DNA of 64,000 nt, from assembly GCA_016182495.1 (NCBI GenBank), contig JACPGK010000008.1, positions 2,870 through 66,869 on the forward strand, read 5' to 3'. The DNA comes from Candidatus Kerfeldbacteria bacterium (GTDB taxonomy: Bacteria > Patescibacteriota > Patescibacteriia > UBA9570). Within the stretch, counting starts at the first letter, position 1. Each line of letters begins with the position of its first letter. A program made the translations under genes and the position numbers. Below are positions 44,388-54,190 of the stretch, in pieces. Below the pieces are notes generated by a model. That model worked only from the letters and a program-made list of their open reading frames with translations. It had not been told where the DNA came from and did not search any database.

Positions 44388-44391
44388 ACTT

Positions 44392-45504
44392 ATGCGAGTA
44401 TTGATGATTGCTCCCACCCCGTATTTCTCGGATCGCGGCTGTCACATTCGCATTTACAATGAAATTGAAGCCTTACAGACGACTGGCCATAGCGTGGTGT
44501 TGTACACCTATCACTTAGGTCGCCAAGTTGGTTCTGCTACCATCCAACGCTCGGTAGCAATACCATGGTATAACAAAACCACTGCCGGACCATCGTGGCA
44601 TAAACTGTACCTCGATGTGTTACTGTGGTGGAAAATCATCACCACCGTGCGGCGCGAACACGTGCAGCTGATTCATGCTCACTTGCATGAGGGGGCTTGG
44701 ATTGGTTGGTGGGTAAAATTATTCACTGGCTTGCCACTGATTTTGGATGCCCAAGGCAGTTTAGTAGCCGAGTTAGATTCGTACGGCTGGTTACAGGCTG
44801 GTTGGCGACGGCGCTGGTTTGTGATGATTGAACGCTGGATTGTACATCACGTTGATTATATTTTTGTCAGTTCAACGACACTACTGCAACAGTATAGCGA
44901 ACGCTGGCCAAAACTTACCGAAAAAATGACTGTGCTAGCCGATGGTATTCTGCCAAGGCAGCCTATCAGCCAGATTGCTAATTCAGCTTTAGCACGCACT
45001 GTTATTTACACTGGTGGATTAACAGCCAGTAAGGGAATCAACGATCTGCTTCGAGCGATTCCTTTAGTTGTAGAAAAAATTCCAGCAGTGCGGTTTGTCA
45101 TCATCGGCTATCCTGTACCGCAGCCATTACCAACTAATCTACCAATTGATTGGGTTGGACAAGTAGATTATTTCACCTTGAGTCGTTACCTGGCTAACGC
45201 TCAAATAGCTGTAGAGCCAAAACCGATGAACAGTACAGAAAGTAGCGGTAAATTACTGCAATACATGGCACATGGTTTAGCAGTGGTGGCATTTTCATCG
45301 AGCCATAATGCCGCTACTTTGGGTCAGGCTGGCCTACTGGCTACCACCCAATCAGCCGAGGCGTTAGCTGAACGGATCATTTGGTTGTTACAGCATCCTG
45401 AACAGACAACCGCTTTAGGCCAAGCCGCCCAACGCCGGGCGCAAAATTTTAGCTGGCTGAAAATAATTGTTCAAGCAACCACAGTGTATGAACAAATGGT
45501 CTAG
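44392..45504 (+). CDS. GT4-family (GT-B) glycosyltransferase
   Basis: The N-terminus is MRVLMIAPTPYF. The C-terminal E-x7-E-like region is typical of GT-B retaining GT4 enzymes. Confidence 0.7.
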   Translation: MRVLMIAPTPYFSDRGCHIRIYNEIEALQTTGHSVVLYTYHLGRQVGSATIQRSVAIPWYNKTTAGPSWHKLYLDVLLWWKIITTVRREHVQLIHAHLHEGAWIGWWVKLFTGLPLILDAQGSLVAELDSYGWLQAGWRRRWFVMIERWIVHHVDYIFVSSTTLLQQYSERWPKLTEKMTVLADGILPRQPISQIANSALARTVIYTGGLTASKGINDLLRAIPLVVEKIPAVRFVIIGYPVPQPLPTNLPIDWVGQVDYFTLSRYLANAQIAVEPKPMNSTESSGKLLQYMAHGLAVVAFSSSHNAATLGQAGLLATTQSAEALAERIIWLLQHPEQTTALGQAAQRRAQNFSWLKIIVQATTVYEQMV

Positions 45505-46873
45505 TATTTGGCTAGTAAGCGGTGAATTGATTAGTCGAGCCTTGGCCTTTATTGTAGTAGTGCGAGTCGCTAATTATCTTGGTGCTACCGCCTATGGTGA
45601 ATTGAGTTATGTATTAGCGATGGCTAGTGTATTAGTTATCATCGCTGATTTTGGTTTAAGTACTTTTGTGGTTACGCACGTATCACGCCATGATGATGAT
45701 CGCAGTATCTGGTTGAGTCAAGTATTCATCATAAAAGGTTTGCTCGGTATCGGCATGGTACTGTTAGCAGTAGTGGTTGGCCTAGTTTTGCCCAATGTAT
45801 CGTTGCTGTTGATGGTGTTGGCGGCTGGTGCCATTTGGCTCAACAACTCGCGGATGTTTATTGAAGCCTGTTTCCGAGCTTATCAACGTATGCCATTGGA
45901 AACATTCACAAAAATACTGGCCGCTGTTATCAGTCTGATCATTATTTCTCTTGGCGTATATTGGCAGACGAATGTACTAGGTTTAATTATCACCTACGTC
46001 ATCGCCGCGGTATTGGGTACCACTGCTGCCGGATTGGTGTTAGTATTGAAAGTCACTCGCCTACAGTTCGTGTGGTCAAAAAAAAGCTTTCAGCAAATTA
46101 TTATGGCCAGTTGGCCATTTGCCATCAGTATCGCTTGCAATTTTTTATTTAATTACGAAGACGCTGCTTTACTTGGTATATTTAAACACACAACGGCCTT
46201 AGGCTGGTATACCGCAGCCTATAAACCTATTTTTGTCATCACAGCCTTGGCTGGTATGATTATTAATGCTTTTTTACCAACCATTGTCACTGCCTATCAA
46301 CAAAACAACACTACTTGGCGAACCACCATTCAACAATTGTTCGCTACCAATATCGCTTTAGCCCTGCCACTAGCTGCTGGCGGTACTATCATTGCTCAAC
46401 CGTTGATTGGACTACTGTTTAAAGCAGATTTTGCCCCAGCCGCTTTGGCTTTTCAGATATTAATTTGGGGTACTGCTACAATTTATCTATGGGCCGTGTT
46501 TGGCAATAGCTTACAAGCCATTGGTCAAGAATTAATCTACACCCGTGCCTTTGGTTGGGGGGTATTATTAAATACCGGGCTTAATCTGGTGCTGATTCCC
46601 ACCTGGAGTTTGTATGGCGCAGCCCTGGCCACAGTAATAACCCAATTATTTTTACTAGGTTATTTGTATTATTTTTTCCGCAAACATATCAAAGTACCGG
46701 TGTGGTTATATAGTTGGCGGCCACTGATAGCCACTGCAGTAATGGTAGTGGTGCTGCAATTAGTACCGGCTGATTTGTGGTGGCAAATTGGATTAGGTGT
46801 GATAACGTACGTTGTGGTACTGTACTGTGTAGGTGGTTTAACTCCAATGCTATGGCCAAAGTCGCCGTCTTAA
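45488..46873 (+). CDS. Wzx-like oligosaccharide flippase (MOP superfamily)
   Basis: It is about 460 aa with 12-14 TM helices and the polysaccharide-biosynthesis-protein pattern. Confidence 0.75.
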   Translation: MNKWSSIWLVSGELISRALAFIVVVRVANYLGATAYGELSYVLAMASVLVIIADFGLSTFVVTHVSRHDDDRSIWLSQVFIIKGLLGIGMVLLAVVVGLVLPNVSLLLMVLAAGAIWLNNSRMFIEACFRAYQRMPLETFTKILAAVISLIIISLGVYWQTNVLGLIITYVIAAVLGTTAAGLVLVLKVTRLQFVWSKKSFQQIIMASWPFAISIACNFLFNYEDAALLGIFKHTTALGWYTAAYKPIFVITALAGMIINAFLPTIVTAYQQNNTTWRTTIQQLFATNIALALPLAAGGTIIAQPLIGLLFKADFAPAALAFQILIWGTATIYLWAVFGNSLQAIGQELIYTRAFGWGVLLNTGLNLVLIPTWSLYGAALATVITQLFLLGYLYYFFRKHIKVPVWLYSWRPLIATAVMVVVLQLVPADLWWQIGLGVITYVVVLYCVGGLTPMLWPKSPS

Positions 46874-47697
46874 TTTTAAACTGGAATGGTTGGCAGTGGA
46901 CCGAACAAGCGATTCGGTCCGTTCAGGCAAGCCGTGATGCAACACTTGATATTGTAGTGCTCGATAATGGCTCTATCACCAATGAAGCTGTTGTATTAAA
47001 AAAAATCTTTCCGGCCATTACTATTGAGCGCTCCGAAACCAATTTAGGCTTTGCTGGTGGCAATAATTATCTGTTTAAAAAACTACTGCCAGATAATCAC
47101 TACGATTTCTTTCTACTACTCAATCAAGATGCTACGGTTGATCCAGCCTGTATTGCCAGGCTGGTAGCCTATAGTCAAAACCAACCCCGAGTAGCGGTAG
47201 TTGGGCCAACCGTATACCAATCGAATAGTCGTGTTATTCAATCCGTTGGTGCTGACATTAATTTTTTTACCGGTAAAGTGATCAGTCGCTACCGTGGTGA
47301 TACTACTCCCCCAGCCCAGCCAGCCGTGGTGGCTAGCGTGATTGGTAATTGTTGGTTGGTGCGTACAGCCGCTTTGCAAGCCTTAGGGTATTTTGACGAT
47401 CGCTATTTTGCCTACTACGAAGAAGTAGCCTGGTGTGTGCGAGCTAACCGAGCCGGTTGGCAGTGTGTGGCGATACCTGCAGCCAGCGCCTATCATGCTA
47501 AAGCTGGTGGTTTTCGGACCTATTGGAATGTGCGTAATATGATTTGGTTTGAACGCCAGTATGCCAGTGGCTGGCAACGGTTTTATTTTAGAATCTATTT
47601 TTGGGTAAAGTTTTTTCCTGAACGCCTGGTAAAAGGTTCGCCCTGGAAAGAATTATGGCGAGCCAGCCGCGATGGTTGGCTAACAACTTTATCGTAA
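46852..47697 (+). CDS. GT2 glycosyltransferase
   Basis: The start MAKVAVLILNWNG and the DxD-type GT-A core are present. The track ORF starts earlier at 46777. Confidence 0.75.
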   Translation: MAKVAVLILNWNGWQWTEQAIRSVQASRDATLDIVVLDNGSITNEAVVLKKIFPAITIERSETNLGFAGGNNYLFKKLLPDNHYDFFLLLNQDATVDPACIARLVAYSQNQPRVAVVGPTVYQSNSRVIQSVGADINFFTGKVISRYRGDTTPPAQPAVVASVIGNCWLVRTAALQALGYFDDRYFAYYEEVAWCVRANRAGWQCVAIPAASAYHAKAGGFRTYWNVRNMIWFERQYASGWQRFYFRIYFWVKFFPERLVKGSPWKELWRASRDGWLTTLS

Positions 47698-47701
47698 AAG
47701 T

Positions 47702-48589
47702 ATGATTTCAATTATTATACCAGTATATAACGACCGCCGCATTAGCCAATGTATTGCTGCGTTAGAACGGCTGCATTGGCCAAAAACCGATTATGAAATT
47801 ATTGTGGTTGATAATGCCTCGGAACCATGGCTAAAACCCTTAGTCACTGCTACCAGTGCTCGTTATAGTACAGAGCCACAACCAGGATCATATCGCGCTC
47901 GTAACACTGGCATGCGGCAGGCGCGTGGTGAGGTGTTGGCTTTTCTCGATGCCGATTGTGTGGCTGCACCAAATTGGTTACAAACTATTACTACAGCCTT
48001 ACAACAGTACGATGCGGTGTTAGGGTTAGCCAGTGGGGCGAATCAACAAAAACTGGCCATCGTAGAACAACGGCTGTATGAACAGATTGTGGCGGCGTTC
48101 ACTGCCCACTTACCGCTACGGCGAATCGATACGCGTAATTTTGCTATGCGCCGCACTGCCTACGAAAAAATTGGCGGCTTTAATGAAACGCTATTGTATG
48201 GCGGTGATATGGAATATGGCGCGCGTTTGCATCAAGCCGGTGTGCCCATTGGGTACAGTGCCGCCATGATAGTACAGCATGATCATCCAACTGATTTGCC
48301 TAGTTTGCTTAAAAAACGCGTTCGCCAAAATTATGGCAATATGCGAATTCTAGAAATCCATCATCAACCATTTATTCAACAGTATTTCCCACAATTACTA
48401 CGGTATCACCGCAGTTGGTTTAATACTATACTCTGGTATAGCCTGCGTAGCTATGCTGCCTGCACTTTTCCGATAGCACAAGTCATCATCACCCTGTTGC
48501 CATTATCACTGGCTTTTTATTTTTATAAAATCCAAACTGCCGTAGCGGTGCGCCTTGGCCAACTACACTATGTCTACACCACGTCTTAG
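47702..48589 (+). CDS. GT2 glycosyltransferase
   Basis: It carries MISIIIPVYND...IIVVDNAS, a DAD motif and the GT-A fold. Confidence 0.75.
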   Translation: MISIIIPVYNDRRISQCIAALERLHWPKTDYEIIVVDNASEPWLKPLVTATSARYSTEPQPGSYRARNTGMRQARGEVLAFLDADCVAAPNWLQTITTALQQYDAVLGLASGANQQKLAIVEQRLYEQIVAAFTAHLPLRRIDTRNFAMRRTAYEKIGGFNETLLYGGDMEYGARLHQAGVPIGYSAAMIVQHDHPTDLPSLLKKRVRQNYGNMRILEIHHQPFIQQYFPQLLRYHRSWFNTILWYSLRSYAACTFPIAQVIITLLPLSLAFYFYKIQTAVAVRLGQLHYVYTTS

Positions 48590-49490
48590 TATTTTAATTT
48601 TATCGTGGAATGCCCCGCGGCATATTACCGCCTGCTTAGATAGTTTGATGGCGGCCACTGCCACTGGCGACGTTGAAATTATTGTGATCGATAACGCCTC
48701 AAGTAATCAGCTGGCTCATACACTGCGGCAGCGTTATCCAGCGATCCGCCTAGTGTGTAATCAAACGAATGTTGGCTACGCCTTGGGTAATAATCAAGCT
48801 TACCAATTAGCTCGCGGCCACTATAGTATGTTACTCAATCAAGATACGGTGGTAACGCCAGCAACGGTGCAGCAACTGATCAGCTTTTTAGATAGTCATC
48901 CTGGCTATGCTGCTGTCACACCAGTACTGCGTAATCCTGATGGCAGCCTGCAGTACTACATGCATCGCCGTTGGCCTACAGTTACTGGCCTACTATTGGC
49001 GTTGCTGCATAAACGCTGGCCTCGCTTTCAACCCAAATTGGTGCAACGCTATCTGTATTTAGATCAAACTTGGCAGCAAGATTTTGATATCGAACAAGCG
49101 GCCGGTGCCTGCCTAATGCTGCGACGTTCGGCCATTGTAGAACTAGGTGATTTGTTCGATGTCCGCCATTTTCCACTGTACTATAATGATGTTGATTTAT
49201 GTTATCGCTTAGCCCAACATCATCAAACTATCCGCTGCTTAACCACGGCCTCAATTGTACATGATAAAGGCACTAGTGTGCGCACCCTACCAGGAACCTT
49301 CAATGCGTTAGAATACGCCTACGCCTCGCTGTGGTTTTTTAAAAAGCATGGCCAGTGGTTTGATTTTTGGCTGTTACGTTTAGCCTATATTACCCTATTT
49401 ACTATCCTAGTGTTGTTTCGACCAGCGTATTATAAAGCCTGGCTGACAGCCGTTACCCTGAAGTATTACGGAATATTTCCGGTAAAATGA
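48570..49490 (+). CDS. GT2 glycosyltransferase
   Basis: It carries MSTPRLSILILSWNA...IIVIDNASSN, which is GT-A. The track ORF starts at 48555. Confidence 0.7.
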   Translation: MSTPRLSILILSWNAPRHITACLDSLMAATATGDVEIIVIDNASSNQLAHTLRQRYPAIRLVCNQTNVGYALGNNQAYQLARGHYSMLLNQDTVVTPATVQQLISFLDSHPGYAAVTPVLRNPDGSLQYYMHRRWPTVTGLLLALLHKRWPRFQPKLVQRYLYLDQTWQQDFDIEQAAGACLMLRRSAIVELGDLFDVRHFPLYYNDVDLCYRLAQHHQTIRCLTTASIVHDKGTSVRTLPGTFNALEYAYASLWFFKKHGQWFDFWLLRLAYITLFTILVLFRPAYYKAWLTAVTLKYYGIFPVK

Positions 49491-50947
49491 TATACCACCA
49501 CCAAAGCATCATTAAACTCGGGATGCTTGTGAAAATATTTTTTGGCATATAGTTTAATATCTTCGCGTATATGACGCTGATTGGGTTTGTTATAAATCAG
49601 CCACCCCCCGTGCTGACCAGACCGAGCTAAATCTTTAAAATCCTGTAACGATAAACTCTTATACCCACCTAATTTATACAGCGGCACAGATCGATTGGGC
49701 CAATAATAAAACCGGGGACCTTGAATTAACACAATCTCACCGGGTTGAATTTTTTCAGCCACGGCTTGGTAAACGCTACGCATATCAGGGTAGCCTAATT
49801 GGCTAGCCGATTGATCAGCTAACGCCTGACCAAATACCCCTGGTAAGGTGAGAACGGGACCAGTAATAATAAAGGTAGCCGCTACTACTACAGTTGCTAG
49901 CCAGCGCCAGCGCCGTAACTGTCGCCACACCAGTTGCAGTACCCAATACCAGCCGGTAGCGACCACTACATACACCAACGGCACAATAAAGCCAATGTAC
50001 CGTTGCGCTTCCCAGCGATGACTGAAAAATACAAAGTATGTCAGCACGACAATTACAATCATTGCGGCCATACCAGTAAAACTACGCCCAGTACGACTGA
50101 TCACACACCCCAATACAAACCAACCAGCTGCTAACCACGGCAGTAGCCAACTCGAAAATAACTGGGTAGCATACGTCCAGTGCGGTTGTTCACGTATAAT
50201 GACTGCATCCAGCGGCAAAAATCTCCACCATAGTTGATCAAGTGTGATGAGGCTAGCCACCAGCAGCAGCCCCAACCCAGTGGCCCAAGCCCAGGCAATA
50301 TCTTGAACGTGTCGCTGCCCTAAAAACAGTATGCCCCGACACAGTACATATACTCCGATGCCAGCTAGTAAGGCGAGCGTTAATTCTTTGAACACTAACC
50401 AATGCACTATGGTACTTACTATAAATCCACCCAGGTATATATAGCGCTGCCGACGCTGTGACCAGGCTGACAAAAATTGATACAAGCAATACACCATCAA
50501 AGTACTGAACACAATCACCATGGTATACATTCGCACATAGCGTGATAACCCAATCATCAAAGCATCAAAAGTGACTAACCAACTAGTCAATAGCGCAATC
50601 CACGGATTACCAGTCACTTGGCGCACTATAAAAAAAAGTACTGGTACTAAGGCTACGCCCCACAGCAAGGCTGGTAAGCGAGCGGCGGCTTCATTGATAC
50701 CAAACGCTTGCATACTAACAACCACCTGCCAAATAAATACAGCTGCCCGAGTATAGGGCTTAGCCACAGTAGCATGGTAAAAATCATAGCGGGCGTACTG
50801 GCCAGTGGTGATCAATCCGACGGCTGTTTCGAATTGTAAATACTCATCATGATAAAAATTAACCGCTCCTAAATTGACGGCTCGTAACCATAATGCCAAG
50901 CTGGTAATAAAGATAATGGCCAATGTTTGCCCAGATAGACTTTTCAT
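49466..50947 (-). CDS. GT-C fold membrane glycosyltransferase (ArnT/PMT-like, GT39/GT83-type)
   Basis: It is 493 aa and polytopic. The first extracytoplasmic loop carries the acidic HDE motif (FYHDEYLQFE) characteristic of polyprenyl-P-sugar-dependent GT-C enzymes. Confidence 0.65.
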   Translation of the reverse strand: MKSLSGQTLAIIFITSLALWLRAVNLGAVNFYHDEYLQFETAVGLITTGQYARYDFYHATVAKPYTRAAVFIWQVVVSMQAFGINEAAARLPALLWGVALVPVLFFIVRQVTGNPWIALLTSWLVTFDALMIGLSRYVRMYTMVIVFSTLMVYCLYQFLSAWSQRRQRYIYLGGFIVSTIVHWLVFKELTLALLAGIGVYVLCRGILFLGQRHVQDIAWAWATGLGLLLVASLITLDQLWWRFLPLDAVIIREQPHWTYATQLFSSWLLPWLAAGWFVLGCVISRTGRSFTGMAAMIVIVVLTYFVFFSHRWEAQRYIGFIVPLVYVVVATGWYWVLQLVWRQLRRWRWLATVVVAATFIITGPVLTLPGVFGQALADQSASQLGYPDMRSVYQAVAEKIQPGEIVLIQGPRFYYWPNRSVPLYKLGGYKSLSLQDFKDLARSGQHGGWLIYNKPNQRHIREDIKLYAKKYFHKHPEFNDALVVVYHFTGNIP

Positions 50948-50988
50948 GACTTTTCAAGTATAATCGACAAGGTTATTTTACTCAAGCT

Positions 50989-52584
50989 ATGGCAAATAAA
51001 GCAGTCATTATTGGATTAGATGGTGCTACCTGGCAATTGTTCGATACTCTGCTGGCCGCTGGCATCATGCCTAATCTACAACGCATCATTCGCGGCGGTA
51101 CGCGGGCGGTGTTACGTTCCACCATGCCGCCGTACACTGCGCCAGCCTGGACCACCTTTGCTACCGGTGTCAACCCAGGCAAGCATGGCTGTTACGATTT
51201 TTTATTACCAACCGACAATTTGGAAAATTTTGATTTATGTAACAGTAACCATATTCGTACTGCTACCATCTATGAATTACTGCATCAGGCTGGCAAACGA
51301 TCAATCTTAATTAATTTACCAAATAGTTATCCGCCCAAGCTATCTAGTCCAACCATTACTGATATGCTGACCGTGGGAGATAATTGCGTTTTTCCGGAAA
51401 CTTTAAAAGCTCGCTATCCTGAATTACGGCGTTATCGGCTAGCACCCGATGAATCACTACAGGTCAAAGGTAAGCTCACCGAATATATTGATGATATTAT
51501 TGCGGTAGAGCGCGATCATATGGCTGTTGTCAAAACGTTGTGGCAGCATGAACCCTGGGATATGTTTTTTTATCTGTTTTCATCAACTGATTGGATTTCA
51601 CATGCCATGTTTAATCAGTTGTTGGAATTGCATCCTAAGGCTATGGAATTGTTCAAATTTATTGATGACCAGTTGGGTTGGTTTTGTGATCAGTTGCCGC
51701 CTGATGCCAATTTATACATTTTGTCCGATCATGGTTTTAAAGTGTACCACCATACTTTTTACTTTAATAAATGGCTTGAACAACAAGGCTACCTGGTTAC
51801 TCGCCCGGCGGCGGCTGATAGTTTTCACCAAAATATTAGCAAACAAGATGATCAACGCAGCAGTTTACAACAGCATAAGCGCTGGCATATTGGTATTAAT
51901 CAAACTACCTTGCACTGGCTAAGCCAGGTAAAACCAATTGAACGAGCGGCTCGCTGGCTATACCATCATGTTGCCAAACCGTTTTTACCAATCCGGTTTA
52001 GTTTGGATGTGACGATTGATTTCAGTAAAACCAAAGTCTGTTTTCCCAAAGGTCGTACCATGACCGCCATTTACATTAATGATGGTCGTAAATATCGTCA
52101 CGGACAACCCTTCACTGAAGCTGATTACTTGCAGTTGCGCGCGGCTGTGGCTAAAAAATTAGCCGCTGTCAAAGGGCCAGATGGCCAACCAGTTACTCCG
52201 CGAGTGTATACCAAAGAAGAAATTTATGGCACAACAGTACCAGAGCGTTGCCCCGATTTATTTTATGAATTTGGTGACTATTGGTTTGTCGGTCAATTTC
52301 ATTCTAGTGAATTATTTGTTAAGGAATTATCCAATAAACATGACCCGTTCGGTATGTTTGTAGCCTATGGGCCCACCATTAAAGCTGGCGCTCAATTACC
52401 CGAGCAACCGATCGCTGCGGTCACAGCGACAGTACTGCATGATTTGCAACAACCACTCCCACAGTATTTCGATGCCAAGGTGATGGATATTTTTACCCAA
52501 CCACAGCCAGTGCGTTACAGTAATCGAGCATTGGTGAATGAACATCAGGCTGTAACTGAACTAATCAATGAATTAGTCGTATGA
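50989..52584 (+). CDS. alkaline-phosphatase-superfamily protein, type I phosphodiesterase/nucleotide pyrophosphatase-like (paralog 1 of 3)
   Basis: The N-terminus VIIGLDGATW supplies the metal-ligand Asp. The candidate nucleophile is the Thr/Ser of T(A/V)PAWTTFATG. SDHGF and TDWISH are metal-ligand blocks. The protein is 531 aa. Confidence 0.75.
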   Translation: MANKAVIIGLDGATWQLFDTLLAAGIMPNLQRIIRGGTRAVLRSTMPPYTAPAWTTFATGVNPGKHGCYDFLLPTDNLENFDLCNSNHIRTATIYELLHQAGKRSILINLPNSYPPKLSSPTITDMLTVGDNCVFPETLKARYPELRRYRLAPDESLQVKGKLTEYIDDIIAVERDHMAVVKTLWQHEPWDMFFYLFSSTDWISHAMFNQLLELHPKAMELFKFIDDQLGWFCDQLPPDANLYILSDHGFKVYHHTFYFNKWLEQQGYLVTRPAAADSFHQNISKQDDQRSSLQQHKRWHIGINQTTLHWLSQVKPIERAARWLYHHVAKPFLPIRFSLDVTIDFSKTKVCFPKGRTMTAIYINDGRKYRHGQPFTEADYLQLRAAVAKKLAAVKGPDGQPVTPRVYTKEEIYGTTVPERCPDLFYEFGDYWFVGQFHSSELFVKELSNKHDPFGMFVAYGPTIKAGAQLPEQPIAAVTATVLHDLQQPLPQYFDAKVMDIFTQPQPVRYSNRALVNEHQAVTELINELVV

Positions 52585-54188
52585 CCAAAGCTGTTATTAT
52601 TGGTTTAGATGGTGCTACTTGGCGCTTACTTGATCCCCTGCTGCAGCAAGGTCGTTTACCAAATTTGCAGTATCTGATTGAGCATGGTGTTCGTCGCACG
52701 CTAATTTCAACCCGCCCCCCAGTAACGGTACCGGCTTGGACCACTTTTGCCACTGGAGTGCACCCTGGTAAACATGGCTGTTACGATTTTTTTCTACCGG
52801 GAAAAAGTATCCGCGACTTTCGACCAGCCACTAGCCAAGAAATTAAAGTACCAACGTTATACGAATTACTGCACGATCAAGGCAAAAAAGTAATTTTAAT
52901 GAACCTGCCCAATTCGTATCCACCGCGCGTACCAGCGATGACTATGGTATCCGATTTCATGACCATTGGCGATCAAGCCGTTTTTCCCGCCAGCCTGTTA
53001 GAAAAATATCCGGTGCTTAAACGTTATCGCTTATCGCCCGATGAGCGCCTAAAATTAACGACCGATAACGATGCATATATTCAACACATTATTGATTTAG
53101 AAAAAGATCGTTTAGCTGGCATGAAGGAATTATTTATTCATGAACCTTGGGATATATTCTTCTTTTTGTTTTCCTCAACTGATTGGGTATCGCATTTAGT
53201 ATTTTACGATATGCTGACACAGCATCATCCAACCGCCTTGCAAGTGTTTGATGTGGTAGATGAATTTTTTGGTTGGCTGCGACAACAATTACCAGCCGAA
53301 GCTAATTTATATATTATGTCCGATCACGGTTTTACCTATTATACTGAACTGTTTTATATTAATCGCTGGCTGGAACAACAAGGCTACTTGGTGACTCGAT
53401 CTGGTGCCGGACAATTAGAACAAGATGCTACCGCTCGGCGGCGCAATTTGGCAGCGGCGCGAAGCCAGCGCAGGCGTTGGCGAATTTCAAAACGATGGCT
53501 GAATATATTATTTTTTCATCCAGTGATTGAACGAACCATGAAGTGGTGTTACCATCATATTGTGAAACCATTTTTTCCGGTGCATATCACTGTTGATGTG
53601 GGCATTGATTTAGATAAAACCAAAGTGTGTTTTCCGCGCGGTAGTATGTTACAAACCTTGTACCTCAACTATCAAGGTAATTTTAAAGAGGGCCTCATTA
53701 CCGATCGGACAGAATACGATCGTGTACGGCAAGAGGTGAAAGAAAAATTAGAAGCTCTGTACACACCGTCTGGTAAGCGCGTCACCGAGCATGTCTATAC
53801 CAAAGAAGAATTGTACGGTAACCAGCCACCAACGCCATCGCCGGATTTACATTGTGTCACCAAAGATGTTTGGATTGTTGGCCATTTACATTCAAAAGCT
53901 ATTTTTGAACAGGCAATATCGAATAAACACGACGAATTTGGAATTTTTATCGCCTATGGGCCGGATATCGTGGCTGGTGAACAACTGGCCGAAGCCAATA
54001 TTGCTGATATCGCGCCTACCATTTTGCATCAATTCAACAGTTTGATTCCAAGCTATACCGATGGTCGGGTGCTGTTGGATATTTTTCAAAACCAGGCTGA
54101 ACCAGCCCAGCGACCAGTGCGTTTGAGTCAAATTGAACGGTCTGAAAAAACTCAACTCAATGAATTAGTCGACAATTTGGTAATTTAA
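52581..54188 (+). CDS. alkaline-phosphatase-superfamily protein, phosphodiesterase/NPP-like (paralog 2 of 3)
   Basis: It is roughly half identical by eye to paralog 1 across the whole length. The same IGLDGATW / PAWTTF / NLPNSYPP / HEPWD / STDWVSH / SDHGF blocks are present. Its start overlaps the stop of paralog 1. Confidence 0.75.
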   Translation: MTKAVIIGLDGATWRLLDPLLQQGRLPNLQYLIEHGVRRTLISTRPPVTVPAWTTFATGVHPGKHGCYDFFLPGKSIRDFRPATSQEIKVPTLYELLHDQGKKVILMNLPNSYPPRVPAMTMVSDFMTIGDQAVFPASLLEKYPVLKRYRLSPDERLKLTTDNDAYIQHIIDLEKDRLAGMKELFIHEPWDIFFFLFSSTDWVSHLVFYDMLTQHHPTALQVFDVVDEFFGWLRQQLPAEANLYIMSDHGFTYYTELFYINRWLEQQGYLVTRSGAGQLEQDATARRRNLAAARSQRRRWRISKRWLNILFFHPVIERTMKWCYHHIVKPFFPVHITVDVGIDLDKTKVCFPRGSMLQTLYLNYQGNFKEGLITDRTEYDRVRQEVKEKLEALYTPSGKRVTEHVYTKEELYGNQPPTPSPDLHCVTKDVWIVGHLHSKAIFEQAISNKHDEFGIFIAYGPDIVAGEQLAEANIADIAPTILHQFNSLIPSYTDGRVLLDIFQNQAEPAQRPVRLSQIERSEKTQLNELVDNLVI

Positions 54189-54190
54189 TT